From assembly GCA_963695555.1 (NCBI GenBank), contig CAVOGR010000007.1, positions 512,001 through 576,000 on the forward strand: a DNA stretch of 64,000 bases, read 5' to 3'. Under the pieces are notes generated by a model. The model worked only from the letters and a program-made list of their open reading frames with translations. It was not told the DNA's origin and ran no database searches. The DNA comes from an uncultured Gemmatimonadales bacterium (GTDB lineage Bacteria > Gemmatimonadota > Gemmatimonadetes > Gemmatimonadales > GWC2-71-9). Within the stretch, counting starts at the first letter, position 1, and the number at the start of each line of letters is the position of its first letter. Shown here piece after piece: positions 9,305 to 20,130 of the stretch. A program made the translations under genes and the position numbers.

Positions 9305-10930
9305 TCAGCCTTCCAGCCCCATCCCCCACGCGGCCAGGGAGATGGGCAGGCCGCCGTAACTCAGGAGCTGGTCGTGGAATGCGCGCGGCGAGTACCGGGC
9401 GGCGCCGGTACGCTGGCGGTAGGCTGCCCGAAGCTGTTGGATCTCCCGGCGCCCCACCGCATAGCATAGCTGGTAGGTCGGCCACGCACAGTACCGGCGT
9501 ACCTCCCGTTCCGCGCTCACCCGGTCGATGGGCAGGTGCTCCACCAGGTAGCTCACGGCCTCGTCCGGCGTCATCCCGCGCGTGTGGAGCCCCACATCCA
9601 GAATCACCCGGATGGCCCGCCACAGGAGATGGACCTGCTGGAACAGTCGCTCCTCGGGGGTACGATAGAACCCTTCCTCGCCCATCATCTCCTCGCAATA
9701 GAGGGCCCAGCCCTCCACCATGATGGGCGTCCAGCAGAAACGGCGAACCGAGGATTCGAGCGAGTGGGCGGTCAGCAACTGCAGGTGATGGCCGGGATAC
9801 CCCTCATGCACCGTGGTGGCGGTCAATTCGTGGACGCAGTGCTCGCGGAGCATGCGGTCCACCGTGTCGGGCGATCCGCCGCCGTTGGGCACCGTGACGA
9901 AGAAGTATCCGGTCCGGCCGGCCATGAGCTGGCCCGGCGGCTGATATGCCGCAAAGGGCACGATGGGCACCATAAAGGGCGGCGTCCGTACCAAATCGAG
10001 TGACCCCGTCGGTACCGTGGCCAGATCTCGATCGCGCACGAAGGCCAGCGCACGATCCAAGGATGCTTGATATGCGCCGAGCAGTCCGTCCGCCCCGGGA
10101 TGATCTTCCCGCAAACGGTTCACCAGGTCCCGCCACGGCACCGACGCGTCGATGGCGCGCGCCTGGCGTTCGATTTCCGCCGTGACTTCTTCCTCGAGAC
10201 GGAGTCCATAGCGCCATAACTCGGGCGCGGTGTTCCGCAGGGCGTGCTCGTGATGCAGTCGCCGGTCGAACTGTTCCTCCCCGACCGCAAAGAACAGAAG
10301 ATCGGGGTGAGCCTGCAGCTCGGTCTCGAGCGCCAGGCCAAATCGGGCCACTCGCTCATCCGCGTCGGCGGCCGCCGACGCGAGGTCGTCCGCCAAGGCC
10401 GGGACCGACCCACTCAAGGTCTCCGCCGCGGTTCGGAGTAAGAGCCGCGCTCCGGGTATCGTCTGAGTGGCGGACTCGATAAAGACCGATGGGGGCTCGC
10501 ACAGCGTCTCTTGGGCCGCATCGAGAAACTGGGGCACCTCCCGGAGCCGAGCCAGCACCGCGCGCGCGCGATGGTCGACACTCGACTCGGCCCGAACCAG
10601 GAGTGTGTAGATGGCGGAACAAAGATGAGACAGCCAGAACTGCGGGTTGCGGACGTGGGGCTGTTCGTGCTGCAACCGGAGAATCAGGACGCGGATGTCG
10701 CCCAGCAGCGCGGTCCGGTCGATCTCGTCCTGGAGCGACTCGACTTCGAGATCCTCGACTGCGCCGGCCATGGCACGAAACGCAGCCAGATGCCGGCCGA
10801 TGGATTCGACATCGAAAGCGCCGAGCCGACTATCGTGGTCGGTCGTGCCCGCGGCGGTCGCGGATGCCGGGTCGTAGTGCCACCGCAGATCGAGGTATGA
10901 CCGGCAGAGCGCCTCAGTTGCTGGCGGCAT
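9305..10930 (-). CDS. DUF885-family metallopeptidase-like protein (no signal peptide)
   Basis: HEGYPGHHLQ, EGWALYCE, RAIRVILDVGLH, EVRRY, QLCYAVG motifs. Confidence 0.9.
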   Translation of the reverse strand: MPPATEALCRSYLDLRWHYDPASATAAGTTDHDSRLGAFDVESIGRHLAAFRAMAGAVEDLEVESLQDEIDRTALLGDIRVLILRLQHEQPHVRNPQFWLSHLCSAIYTLLVRAESSVDHRARAVLARLREVPQFLDAAQETLCEPPSVFIESATQTIPGARLLLRTAAETLSGSVPALADDLASAAADADERVARFGLALETELQAHPDLLFFAVGEEQFDRRLHHEHALRNTAPELWRYGLRLEEEVTAEIERQARAIDASVPWRDLVNRLREDHPGADGLLGAYQASLDRALAFVRDRDLATVPTGSLDLVRTPPFMVPIVPFAAYQPPGQLMAGRTGYFFVTVPNGGGSPDTVDRMLREHCVHELTATTVHEGYPGHHLQLLTAHSLESSVRRFCWTPIMVEGWALYCEEMMGEEGFYRTPEERLFQQVHLLWRAIRVILDVGLHTRGMTPDEAVSYLVEHLPIDRVSAEREVRRYCAWPTYQLCYAVGRREIQQLRAAYRQRTGAARYSPRAFHDQLLSYGGLPISLAAWGMGLEG

Positions 10931-12176
10931 CGATTGCCCTCTCGCCGTGGGCTCGGGCAACGAGACGGTGGCATTCCTCCTCACTGAGGAGCCGGTCGGC
11001 ACGCTTGGCCGCCTGGAAGAGGGCGTCACAGGCGGCCTGATCGGCGGGGTCGTAGCCATGATCCTTGAGCCAGACCTTCACATTGGACAGGCCCGACACG
11101 GCGGAGATCTCGATCCGCTGCTTGAGGCCGAATATGCCGGCCGGAATCGACGAATAGACCCGGTCCACCAGCCACGTATCGCCCTTTTCCATGGCCTTCA
11201 TGATGGCGGAGGCATGGACGCCGGTGGCGGTGCGGAACGCGTCCTCCCCGACGACCGGGTAATTGGCCGGGATGGGCACGCCGGTGGCCTCCGAGACGAC
11301 CTGACAGTACTCGAGGAGCTTGGACAGGTCTCCGTCGTGGGCGCCGAGGAGGTAGAGGTTGACGATGAGCAGGTCCATCTCGGCGTTCCCGACTCGTTCC
11401 CCGATACCGAGCGCCGTCGCGTGGACGCGGTCGGCACCTGCCTCGATCGCGGCGAGGCAGTTGGCGATGCCGAGGCCGCGGTCGCGATGGCCGTGCCAAT
11501 CGATCTTCACCTCTTGGCCCGTGGGGGCGATGATCTCGTCGCGCGCGTATCGGACCAGGTGCCGCACCCCGTTGGGCGAGGCGTGGCCGGTGGTATCGGA
11601 CAGGCAAATGCGACGCGCACCGCAGCCGATGGCTGCTTGGTACAGCGTCTTGAGCGTCTCCGGCCGGGCCCGCGTCGTGTCTTCGGTCACATACATGACC
11701 CTGAGCCCATGGGACACCGCGAAGGTCACCGCTTCTTCGGTGGCGCGGAGCATCTTCTCCATGGTCCAATCCTCGGCGTACTGCCGGATGGCGGAGGACC
11801 CGATGAAGGTTGCCGCCTCGATCGACAAGCCGACTTCTTGGGATACGGTGACGATCGGCTCGATATCCGCGACCACCGTGCGGGCGGCGCAGTTGGGATC
11901 GATGGGAAGCTTGGCGTCGACGATTTCCCGGGCCAGCGCCCGCACCTGGTCTACAACTCGCGGGCCCGCGCCCGGCAAGCCGATGTCGGCCGCCCGGATG
12001 CCCAGATCGGCCATGAGATGCAGCAGACGGAGCTTGGCGGACATGGGCGGGTCGATGACCGAGGGGCTTTGGAGCCCGTCTCGGAGCGATTCGTCGTTGA
12101 GCACGAAGGACGCGCTCCGATAGTCGAACGCGCTGCCTAGGCTGTTCCAATCGTAGATGAGGTCGTTCTGGTCCAT
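10914..12176 (-). CDS. DRE-TIM metallolyase, short LeuA/homocitrate-synthase-like (no C-terminal regulatory domain)
   Basis: DESLRDGLQ, DTTG, HGHRDRG, GIGERVGN, PVVGEDAFRTATGVH; about 420 aa. Confidence 0.85.
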   Translation of the reverse strand: MDQNDLIYDWNSLGSAFDYRSASFVLNDESLRDGLQSPSVIDPPMSAKLRLLHLMADLGIRAADIGLPGAGPRVVDQVRALAREIVDAKLPIDPNCAARTVVADIEPIVTVSQEVGLSIEAATFIGSSAIRQYAEDWTMEKMLRATEEAVTFAVSHGLRVMYVTEDTTRARPETLKTLYQAAIGCGARRICLSDTTGHASPNGVRHLVRYARDEIIAPTGQEVKIDWHGHRDRGLGIANCLAAIEAGADRVHATALGIGERVGNAEMDLLIVNLYLLGAHDGDLSKLLEYCQVVSEATGVPIPANYPVVGEDAFRTATGVHASAIMKAMEKGDTWLVDRVYSSIPAGIFGLKQRIEISAVSGLSNVKVWLKDHGYDPADQAACDALFQAAKRADRLLSEEECHRLVARAHGERAIDAASN

Positions 12177-12227
12177 GGCTGTACGTTCACCGCAAAACGG
12201 AGGTAGGTCAAGCAAGAGGTCCGGCGG

Positions 12228-13208
12228 CTAGCGATGCCCCCGAACGAGCGAATCGGCCGCAATGCTGACGGACCCGGTGACTCCTTCGACCACCGCCCGG
12301 TCACCGATCATGGACGCCTCGACCGTGGCACCGCGGAGGCGGGCATCGCGGCCGATAATGGTATTGGCAATGGTGCTGTCGTGGATCCGGGTGCCCGCCT
12401 CCACGCTGACGTTCGGCCCGACGACACTCCGCTCGATCACGACGCCCTCTTCGATGTAGACCGGATCGATAACGGTGACCCCGGGAAACTCACCTCGGCG
12501 AGCACCACCCGCGCTCAGGAGCGTCGCGTTGGTCTCGAGCAGGGTCTCGAGTTTGCCGCAATCGTACCAGCCGCCCACTGCCGCCGTCCGGATCTTCTTG
12601 CCCCGCTCGATCATCCACTGGAACGCGTCGGTAAGGAAGTACTCGCCCAGATTGGGTGCGGCGGCGAGGGTGTGATCGATGCCCTGCCACAGACTCTCGA
12701 CATCGTGGATGTAGTAGAGTCCGATGTTGGCCAGCTTCGAGATCGGCTCCGACGGCTTTTCCACGATCCGGGTCATATACCCCTCGGCATCGGTTACCAC
12801 TACCCCGAACCGCTGGTAATCCTCGACTTCCTTGGCCCAGATGATCCCATCGGCCCGGGTCCGGTTGATAACCGTCAAGTCCGCATCGAACACCGTGTCC
12901 ACGAAGATGACGAGCATGGGACCCGTGATGAACGGACGCGCCAGGTTGACGGCGCCCGCGGTCCCATCCTGGACCCGCTGCTCGACGAACCGGGCGGGGA
13001 TGCCGTAGCGCTCGGTCGCGTAGCGCTCGACCTCTTCCTTGAGGTGGCCGGTGATGAAAATTAACTCGGACACATCGAGCCCCTCGAGCCGGTCCATGAC
13101 CCAATCCATCACGGGCCGGCCCGCGACCTTGAGAAGGGGCTTGGGCACGTGGTAGGTGTGAGGGCGCAGACGCGTGCCCTTGCCGGCGAGCGGAATGACG
13201 ACTTGCAT
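12228..13208 (-). CDS. Sugar-phosphate nucleotidyltransferase with C-terminal left-handed beta-helix
   Basis: LAGKGTRLRPHT...PKPL, IVEKP, WYDCG, hexapeptide repeats. Confidence 0.92.
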   Translation of the reverse strand: MQVVIPLAGKGTRLRPHTYHVPKPLLKVAGRPVMDWVMDRLEGLDVSELIFITGHLKEEVERYATERYGIPARFVEQRVQDGTAGAVNLARPFITGPMLVIFVDTVFDADLTVINRTRADGIIWAKEVEDYQRFGVVVTDAEGYMTRIVEKPSEPISKLANIGLYYIHDVESLWQGIDHTLAAAPNLGEYFLTDAFQWMIERGKKIRTAAVGGWYDCGKLETLLETNATLLSAGGARRGEFPGVTVIDPVYIEEGVVIERSVVGPNVSVEAGTRIHDSTIANTIIGRDARLRGATVEASMIGDRAVVEGVTGSVSIAADSLVRGHR

Positions 13209-13561
13209 CAGGGAATCCTTCCGTAGCGGTCTTCCAGGCGGACCAGGTCGTCCAGTTCCGGGGTCGACGCTTCCAGGACGTCGCTGTCTTCGACCGCCTC
13301 GATCTGGTGGATCAGACCAGGCGGAATATGGGCGCTCTCTCCCGCCTCGAAGGAGCGGGTCACCATCTTGTCGCCCTCGCGGATGCGTAACAGCAGCTGC
13401 CCCGAGAGCACGTACATGGTTTCGTCCTTCTTATTATGGTATTGCAGGCTCAGGATGTGCCCGGCCCGGACGTGCAGGATCTTCCCGACGTACCGGTCGG
13501 TCTGTGCCCAGATCAGCTCGTACCCCCAAGGTTTATCGACCCGGTATGGCAGCTCGGCCAT
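13208..13561 (-). CDS. Cupin protein (type II mannose-6-phosphate isomerase C-terminal-like)
   Basis: DKPWGYE, LSLQYH..K.ET, DLVRLEDRYGR. Confidence 0.9.
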   Translation of the reverse strand: MAELPYRVDKPWGYELIWAQTDRYVGKILHVRAGHILSLQYHNKKDETMYVLSGQLLLRIREGDKMVTRSFEAGESAHIPPGLIHQIEAVEDSDVLEASTPELDDLVRLEDRYGRIP

Positions 13562-14133
13562 CAATCCTCCAGCGGCAAGAGTATAAAGGCCGATGGCAGC
13601 GCCACACAGGCCCGGACGCAGACCCCACAGCCCACACAGCCCTCCGCCCGGATCGCCGGGTGGCCGTTCTCGTCCATTACCAGCGCCTCTTCTCCCACAG
13701 GACAGGCATCGGCACAGACCCGGCAGGGGGACCCATGATAGGTAATGCACCGGTTGGGATACAGCTCTAGCGTGCCGAGCTTGAAACCATCCCAGCCATG
13801 CTCGGGCACCGTCAGCGCCTCGGTCGGACAGGCCCGGGCACAGGGCATGTCCGGGCAGACGATACAGGGTTCCCGATACACGTCGATGTGCGGGGTTCCG
13901 GCTGCCAATCCGCCGTCGGTGCCCACCTTGATGATCGCCTTGGGCGGGCACACGTCGATGCAATCGCCGCACCGCGTGCAGGCGGCCAGGAACCCCACCT
14001 CGGGCAGGGCGCCGGGAGGCCGCACGTAGCGGCGGCCGACTACCCGGCCTTCCGCCTGGTCCATGAGTCGTTCGACCCAATCGCCGATCGCGTCCCGGAA
14101 GAAATCGCGCCGGGTGCCGGGCTTGAACTTCAT
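13561..14133 (-). CDS. NapF/NapG/MauM-like multi-[4Fe-4S] ferredoxin
   Basis: RPPGALPE, CTRCGDCIDVCP, CIVC..CARACP, CRVCADACP, CVGCGVCVRAC; RRDFF without a hydrophobic h-region. Confidence 0.88.
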   Translation of the reverse strand: MKFKPGTRRDFFRDAIGDWVERLMDQAEGRVVGRRYVRPPGALPEVGFLAACTRCGDCIDVCPPKAIIKVGTDGGLAAGTPHIDVYREPCIVCPDMPCARACPTEALTVPEHGWDGFKLGTLELYPNRCITYHGSPCRVCADACPVGEEALVMDENGHPAIRAEGCVGCGVCVRACVALPSAFILLPLED

Positions 14134-14552
14134 GGGCCGCCCTCCGAGCGACACTGGCGGTGCAATACGTTCACGTAGAATTCCGACTCGGAGCAAGACG
14201 TCCCGCGGATCTCAGATCCACGAACCAACCGGCTCGGGTGCACCCGGACAATCTACTCGGGTCACCAATGGCATGGTGTCGGGCGAGTGACGTCGCGAAG
14301 CACCAGCCACCGGCGGAGGACGCCGGTGGCCTCATCGAGCGAAGCTCTGACCCAGCAACCAGCCTCCGGTCGCCAATATGCGGGCTCGCGTTGGGCCGTC
14401 ATCGGAGTCGGGTGAAACAAGTGGAGTCCGAGGAGGGTATAGGCAAGCATGGCGGTTCGCTGCCGGTCGGTGTCGAGGGCTCGGGCACCGAAACATAGGC
14501 TGCCCCGGGAGCCCCGGGGGAGGGGCGTTCCCGTGGTATCCCGGCGGCGGTC

Positions 14553-14569
14553 TTGGCATATTCCCTGCT
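14553..14569 (+). promoter_or_regulatory. Sigma54 (-24/-12) promoter candidate
   Basis: TTGGCATattcccTGCT, exact GG-N10-GC spacing, 27 bp before the ATG at 14596, with SD AAGGAG in between. Confidence 0.6.
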
Positions 14570-14595
14570 GAGCGTCCCGAACAAGGAGTGGTCGG

Positions 14596-15069
14596 ATGAG
14601 AATCCAGGCGGCTGTGATAGCCCTGGCGATGGCCTGGCCGGGGAGTCTCGTAGCGCAAGAGGCGGCGGATTCCGCAGCCGTAGCCCAGGCGGCGCTCGAC
14701 TATATCGAAGGGTGGTACGAGGGCAATGCGGAACGAATGACCCGGGCGCTCCACCCCGATCTGGTGAAACGCATCGTGGCGGAACGCGACGGCGTGAGCC
14801 ACATCCAGGGGATGACAGCCGAGCAGCTGATCGGCTATACGGCGGGGGGAGGCGGACGCCAGACCCCGCCGGAGAAGCGGCGGACGGAGGTGACGATCCT
14901 CGACATCTTCGGCAATGCCGCGACGGTGCGGGTCGACGCCGATTCGTGGATCGATTATCTACAGATTGGCAAGGTGGACGGGGAGTGGAAGATCCTGAAT
15001 GTGCTGTGGGAGCTTCGCCCCGAGGTCAAGGCCAAAATGAAGGACCAGCAAAAGAAGCCACAACAGTAA
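14596..15069 (+). CDS. Secreted NTF2-like (lumazine-binding-2 family) protein
   Basis: Signal peptide; DYIEGWYEGNAERMTRALHP; DYLQIGKVDGEWKILNVLW. Confidence 0.85.
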   Translation: MRIQAAVIALAMAWPGSLVAQEAADSAAVAQAALDYIEGWYEGNAERMTRALHPDLVKRIVAERDGVSHIQGMTAEQLIGYTAGGGGRQTPPEKRRTEVTILDIFGNAATVRVDADSWIDYLQIGKVDGEWKILNVLWELRPEVKAKMKDQQKKPQQ

Positions 15070-15115
15070 GCGTCAGAATTCTGAGTATCCTGAGCCCCCT
15101 TAAGGAGATTTACCT

Positions 15116-15595
15116 ATGGGTAAGATCAAGTTTCTCGCCGCGTGTGCCGTTATGGTGGTGGCCAGCGCCGCTCAGCTGAGCGGTCAGGTTCGTGTCGGTG
15201 GGCAAATCAACTTTGCCGACGACTTCGACTTCGGCTTGGGGCCCCGCATCGTGGTCGCCGACCCCGCACTCGGCGAGTTCCGGTTCATCGGAACCTTCGA
15301 CTTGTACTTTCCCGATGACAGAGCGGGCGTCGACCTCGATTACTGGGAAATCAACGGCAATGTCGTGTACGATTTCGCTATTCAAAGTGCTCCGACGCTC
15401 GTACCCTACGTCGGCGCGGGACTGAACATCGCCCACCTATCGGGCGGAACTGGGTTCGGCTCTGATACGAACATCGGGGTCAATCTATTGGGGGGAATGG
15501 AGTTTAAGACCGGCCGGCTTCGCCCCTTCGTCGAGTTGCGCGTGGAACTCGAGGGCGGTGAGCAATTCGTGGTGACTGGGGGACTGCTCTTCTAG
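15116..15595 (+). CDS. Small outer-membrane beta-barrel protein
   Basis: Signal peptide, PYVGAGLN strand, C-terminal Phe. Confidence 0.8.
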   Translation: MGKIKFLAACAVMVVASAAQLSGQVRVGGQINFADDFDFGLGPRIVVADPALGEFRFIGTFDLYFPDDRAGVDLDYWEINGNVVYDFAIQSAPTLVPYVGAGLNIAHLSGGTGFGSDTNIGVNLLGGMEFKTGRLRPFVELRVELEGGEQFVVTGGLLF

Positions 15596-15620
15596 CGTCA
15601 TCCGTCAATCCGTTTTCGAA

Positions 15621-15662
15621 AACGCGCGATGGTTGCACGAGCCGCCATCGCGCGTTCTTCTT
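15621..15662. terminator. Terminator hairpin between convergent genes
   Basis: AACGCGCGATGG...CCATCGCGCGTT followed by CTTCTT. Confidence 0.65.
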
Positions 15663-15680
15663 CGAAGATTTGCGCAAGCA

Positions 15681-16745
15681 TCAGGACACACCAGCACCTA
15701 CGAGCGTGTGAATGTATTCCTTGTGCTCCCCGGGGCGCAGCGTTTTGTCCTCGCCCTCCCCTCCCCAACCCCCCTCGAGGATCGAGGTGTCGACAAACCA
15801 GCGCCCAAGCGGAGTTTGGGACTTGGCCCACATACGGCCAGAGAACCCCAGTCGGTACAGTAGCCGATTCCAGCGATCGAGAGCGGGCAACTCGAGCTGG
15901 GTCCGATCCGTGTGGAGCTCATAGCCTAGTTCCTCCAGGGTCCGCCCCACCAACGCTTCGATTGCACGAAGCGTATCCGCTGAAGATGACCTCCACCGCT
16001 CGATAGGATTGAAGGTCGGGCCGCCGGTTCCGGTACCGAACGATGTATTCGGCCTGGCAACCGACCCGATGGCGCAGCGCTGAACCCGATCGTAGTCCAT
16101 GGAGTGGTCTATGAATTCGCCGATGCGGGCCAACACCCCCGCAGTATCACGCACAAGGTCCTCGAAGCGGACCTCGAGGTAATCGACCCCTACAGTTTTG
16201 CCCCCCGCTCTTCCCGCGCGCACCGTCCATTCCCAATACACCGCCGCGGGCACGTGATGCCGATTCCGATCCCAAGGATATGGCCCGATCCAGTTCTGTT
16301 GGGCCAGTGACAGTGCCACATCTCTCCCGTCCCGAACCATGTGAACGAAGCGTGCGTCGGGAAAAGTCGTTTTGATCGCCTCCATGTAGAAAGCGTTGGT
16401 CGGCGTACACTCCGCCCAGCGGGAAGCGCCCTGTTCAACCGCAATGCTCTCCATCAGGATCCGTAGGAAATCCCCGGCGGAGCTACAGTCTTCTAGAATC
16501 CTGGCCCTCAGATCATCCGCATCTAGACCCGATCGATAAAAGAGTTCACCGCCGAGCCATTTCGATAAGAAGTGCGCTCGATCCGAACGACGGCGCAACC
16601 CTCCGAAACGCGGCCCGATCACGTCGAACACCCGTGATTCGCTACGGTAGATGGCGAAGTCGCCGGAAGAAAGGAGAAGATGGTAGAGCCACGTCGTGCC
16701 CGAGCGTGGGCTCCCTACAATGAAGACCGGGGGGCGAGAAGACAT
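15681..16745 (-). CDS. Sulfotransferase family protein
   Basis: FIVGSPRSGTT (5'-PSB loop), HMVRDGRDVALS (3'-PB), VRFEDLV. Confidence 0.9.
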   Translation of the reverse strand: MSSRPPVFIVGSPRSGTTWLYHLLLSSGDFAIYRSESRVFDVIGPRFGGLRRRSDRAHFLSKWLGGELFYRSGLDADDLRARILEDCSSAGDFLRILMESIAVEQGASRWAECTPTNAFYMEAIKTTFPDARFVHMVRDGRDVALSLAQQNWIGPYPWDRNRHHVPAAVYWEWTVRAGRAGGKTVGVDYLEVRFEDLVRDTAGVLARIGEFIDHSMDYDRVQRCAIGSVARPNTSFGTGTGGPTFNPIERWRSSSADTLRAIEALVGRTLEELGYELHTDRTQLELPALDRWNRLLYRLGFSGRMWAKSQTPLGRWFVDTSILEGGWGGEGEDKTLRPGEHKEYIHTLVGAGVS

Positions 16746-17049
16746 CGGGCCCCTCAGCATGAGCCGCTGGGAATAGTGTGTTTGAGAATCACCATGAGCT
16801 TCCATCGATGGAGTGCACAATGAATCCCGTTGGGGGGGCCACTTGCCCTTGGCAGATATCGGCTTTGAATGGCAGTGGGTCTATGAGCTTGCCGCACTGC
16901 GAATGGGTATGTTAACAAGTAATGCAACAGGTGATGGTCCGCCAGCGGGCGATTTCGTCGGGTCCCACCTACAGTGTATGCTCGTGTTGACTCCGGTCCG
17001 CGGAATCCATAGCCTATCGTACGACCGCTTGAGGTAAGTGAGGATAACC

Positions 17050-18036
<987 letters not shown>

Positions 18037-18064
18037 GCACACGCCAACCTACATTGACTGGCAA

Positions 18065-19714
18065 ATGGAGAAGAACATGACGTCTCGAGCAGCCAGATTC
18101 TTATTTGTGGTCGCTGGACTGGGCGCTCTTGCCGGGTGTGGCAGGGCAGAGCGCGAAGGAACGGCAGCCCCGGACGGGGCGATGCCCCTGTACGACAATC
18201 TCGGTTCGCTCCATCACGAGATCACGACCGACGTTGCCACGACGCAACGCTACTTCGACCAGGGCATGCGGCTCCTCTACGCATTCAATCACGCCGAGGC
18301 GGCACATTCTTTCGAGGAAGCCGAGCGGCTCGACCCTGCCTGCGCCATGTGCGCGTGGGGCGTGGCCCTCGCCAACAGCCCCAACATCAACCAGCCATTG
18401 GACTCGGCGCGGGGCGCTGTCGGGTACAGCGCCATCCAACGTGCCGCGGAGCGAGCCGCCAACGCGACCCCGAGGGAACAGGCGTACATATCGGCCATGG
18501 CCCGGCGCTTTTCCCCGGATCCGTTGGGAGATCGTGCGGCGCTCGACTCCGCCTACGCCATGGCGATGCGCGAAGTGGCCGATGCCTATCCCGAGGACCA
18601 AGACGCCCAGGTGCTGTATGCCGACGCGTTGATGAACTTGAGCCCATGGAACTACTGGACTGCGGATGGCGCCCCGCGCCCTGGGACGGACCAGATCGTA
18701 TCTCGACTGGAAAGCGTGATGGCAGTCAATCCGGATCATCCCGGCGCCTGCCATCTCTTCATCCACGCCGAAGAGGCTCATGACCCGACGCGCGCCGTCG
18801 CGTGTGCGGAACGGTTGGCCGAGTTGATGCCCGGCGCCGGCCATATCGTCCATATGCCCGGCCACATCTACATCCGGGTTGGCCGCTACCAGGATGCCGT
18901 CGAAGCCAACAAGCACGCGGTGCACGCCGACGAGTCGTACATGGAGGGGCCGCTCGTCACCAGGCGTGGCATTTACCCGCAGGGATACTACCCGCACAAC
19001 TACCACTTCATGAGTTTTGCCGCCTCCATGGCGGGGCAGAGTGAAACGGCCATCTACGCCGCGCGGAAGGTCGCGGAGACGGTGGGGCCCGATGTGGCCC
19101 GGGAGATCGAATGGTTGGAGGCGATCACCCCGCTCGTCCCCTGGACCCTGGTGACCTTTGGGCAGTGGGACCAGGTATTGGCCGAGCCGCTCCCGCCGGC
19201 GGACCTTCGCTTCACCACGGGGCAGACCTACTACGCCCGTGGTGTTGCCCACGCCGCCAAGGGACAATGGGCCGAGGCCCGGCAGGCACTGGATTCGGTG
19301 ACCGCAATCGCGAAGGGCTTCCCGGCAGGCGACAACAAGACCGCACTCGAGATCGCGCAGCACGCCCTGGCAGGTGAGATCGCCATGCGCCGCGACCGGC
19401 TGGATGAAGCCGTGCGGCAGTTCCAAGCCGCGGTCGACCTGGAGAGCGGACTCACCTACAACGAGCCGCCCACCTGGTACTACCCCATGCGCCATTCGTT
19501 GGGGAAGGCGTTCATTGCGGCAGGGTTGGCGCCGGAGGCCCAACGGGCCTATGAAGAAGACTTGGAGCGCTTCCCGGAGAACGGCTGGTCGCTGTTCGGC
19601 CTGGCGACGGCGCTCGACATGCAGGGGAAGACGGACGAGGCGGCGGCCGCCCGGGCCAGGTTGGAGCGGGCCTGGCAGGGTGCCGACGTCACGTTGACCG
19701 GGTCGCGGTTCTAG
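18065..19714 (+). CDS. TPR-repeat lipoprotein with conserved His motifs
   Basis: Lipobox LAGC; YAFNHAEA, HPGACHLFIH, GHIVHMPGHIY, YYPHNYHF, ENGWSLFGL. Confidence 0.85.
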   Translation: MEKNMTSRAARFLFVVAGLGALAGCGRAEREGTAAPDGAMPLYDNLGSLHHEITTDVATTQRYFDQGMRLLYAFNHAEAAHSFEEAERLDPACAMCAWGVALANSPNINQPLDSARGAVGYSAIQRAAERAANATPREQAYISAMARRFSPDPLGDRAALDSAYAMAMREVADAYPEDQDAQVLYADALMNLSPWNYWTADGAPRPGTDQIVSRLESVMAVNPDHPGACHLFIHAEEAHDPTRAVACAERLAELMPGAGHIVHMPGHIYIRVGRYQDAVEANKHAVHADESYMEGPLVTRRGIYPQGYYPHNYHFMSFAASMAGQSETAIYAARKVAETVGPDVAREIEWLEAITPLVPWTLVTFGQWDQVLAEPLPPADLRFTTGQTYYARGVAHAAKGQWAEARQALDSVTAIAKGFPAGDNKTALEIAQHALAGEIAMRRDRLDEAVRQFQAAVDLESGLTYNEPPTWYYPMRHSLGKAFIAAGLAPEAQRAYEEDLERFPENGWSLFGLATALDMQGKTDEAAAARARLERAWQGADVTLTGSRF

Positions 19715-19738
19715 CCGGCCCGGGAGCTTCGAATCACC

Positions 19739-19763
19739 AAGGCGGGTGGCTTGCACCCGCCTT
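19739..19763. terminator. Terminator hairpin between convergent genes
   Basis: AAGGCGGGTG-gcttg-CACCCGCCTT. Confidence 0.6.
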
Positions 19764-19795
19764 CGTGGTCCCCATCCCGACTCCAATTCCTCAGA

Positions 19796-20074
19796 TCATC
19801 CCAAGTGCCTCAGCACGTACCGCGCATAATGGCCTGGCCAGTCGGCTTCTGGTGCGTGCTCGGCTCGGTCCTCCTCGGCGCCAATGATGAGGTGGGCCAG
19901 CTCGCTCGTGCTTACGTCCTGGCCCAGCAGGGCTGAGATCCGCTCCTGGAGGTATTCGGCGTACCAAAGCGGCCACTCGGGGTCGGTGCCGTCGGTGTCG
20001 ATGAACGCCTCGTGATGCGCGGGGCCCGCCTCGCGAAACAACCGCTCCACCTGCTGTTCTCTCGGATCGTGCAT
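19796..20074 (-). CDS. Small hypothetical protein with duplicated W-P-x-[WH]-Y-A motif
   Basis: DPEWPLWYAEY and EADWPGHYARY; SD-like GGAGG upstream. Confidence 0.7.
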   Translation of the reverse strand: MHDPREQQVERLFREAGPAHHEAFIDTDGTDPEWPLWYAEYLQERISALLGQDVSTSELAHLIIGAEEDRAEHAPEADWPGHYARYVLRHLG

Positions 20075-20130
20075 GGAGTGCCCTCCTGGCGCATCGCTGT
20101 ACCCGGCAGCCCGCCTTGCCGCCCACTGCC

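Noticed and set aside
14212..14450. Possible small minus-strand protein MLAYTLLG... with a frameshift near 14287
   Set aside because: No motif and no clear SD; cannot be told from a chance ORF without a homology search
16746..17049. AT-richer 300-bp divergent intergenic region as an ncRNA or mobile scar
   Set aside because: Only a short palindrome (TCCATCGATGGA); no extended structure or repeats; consistent with ordinary promoters
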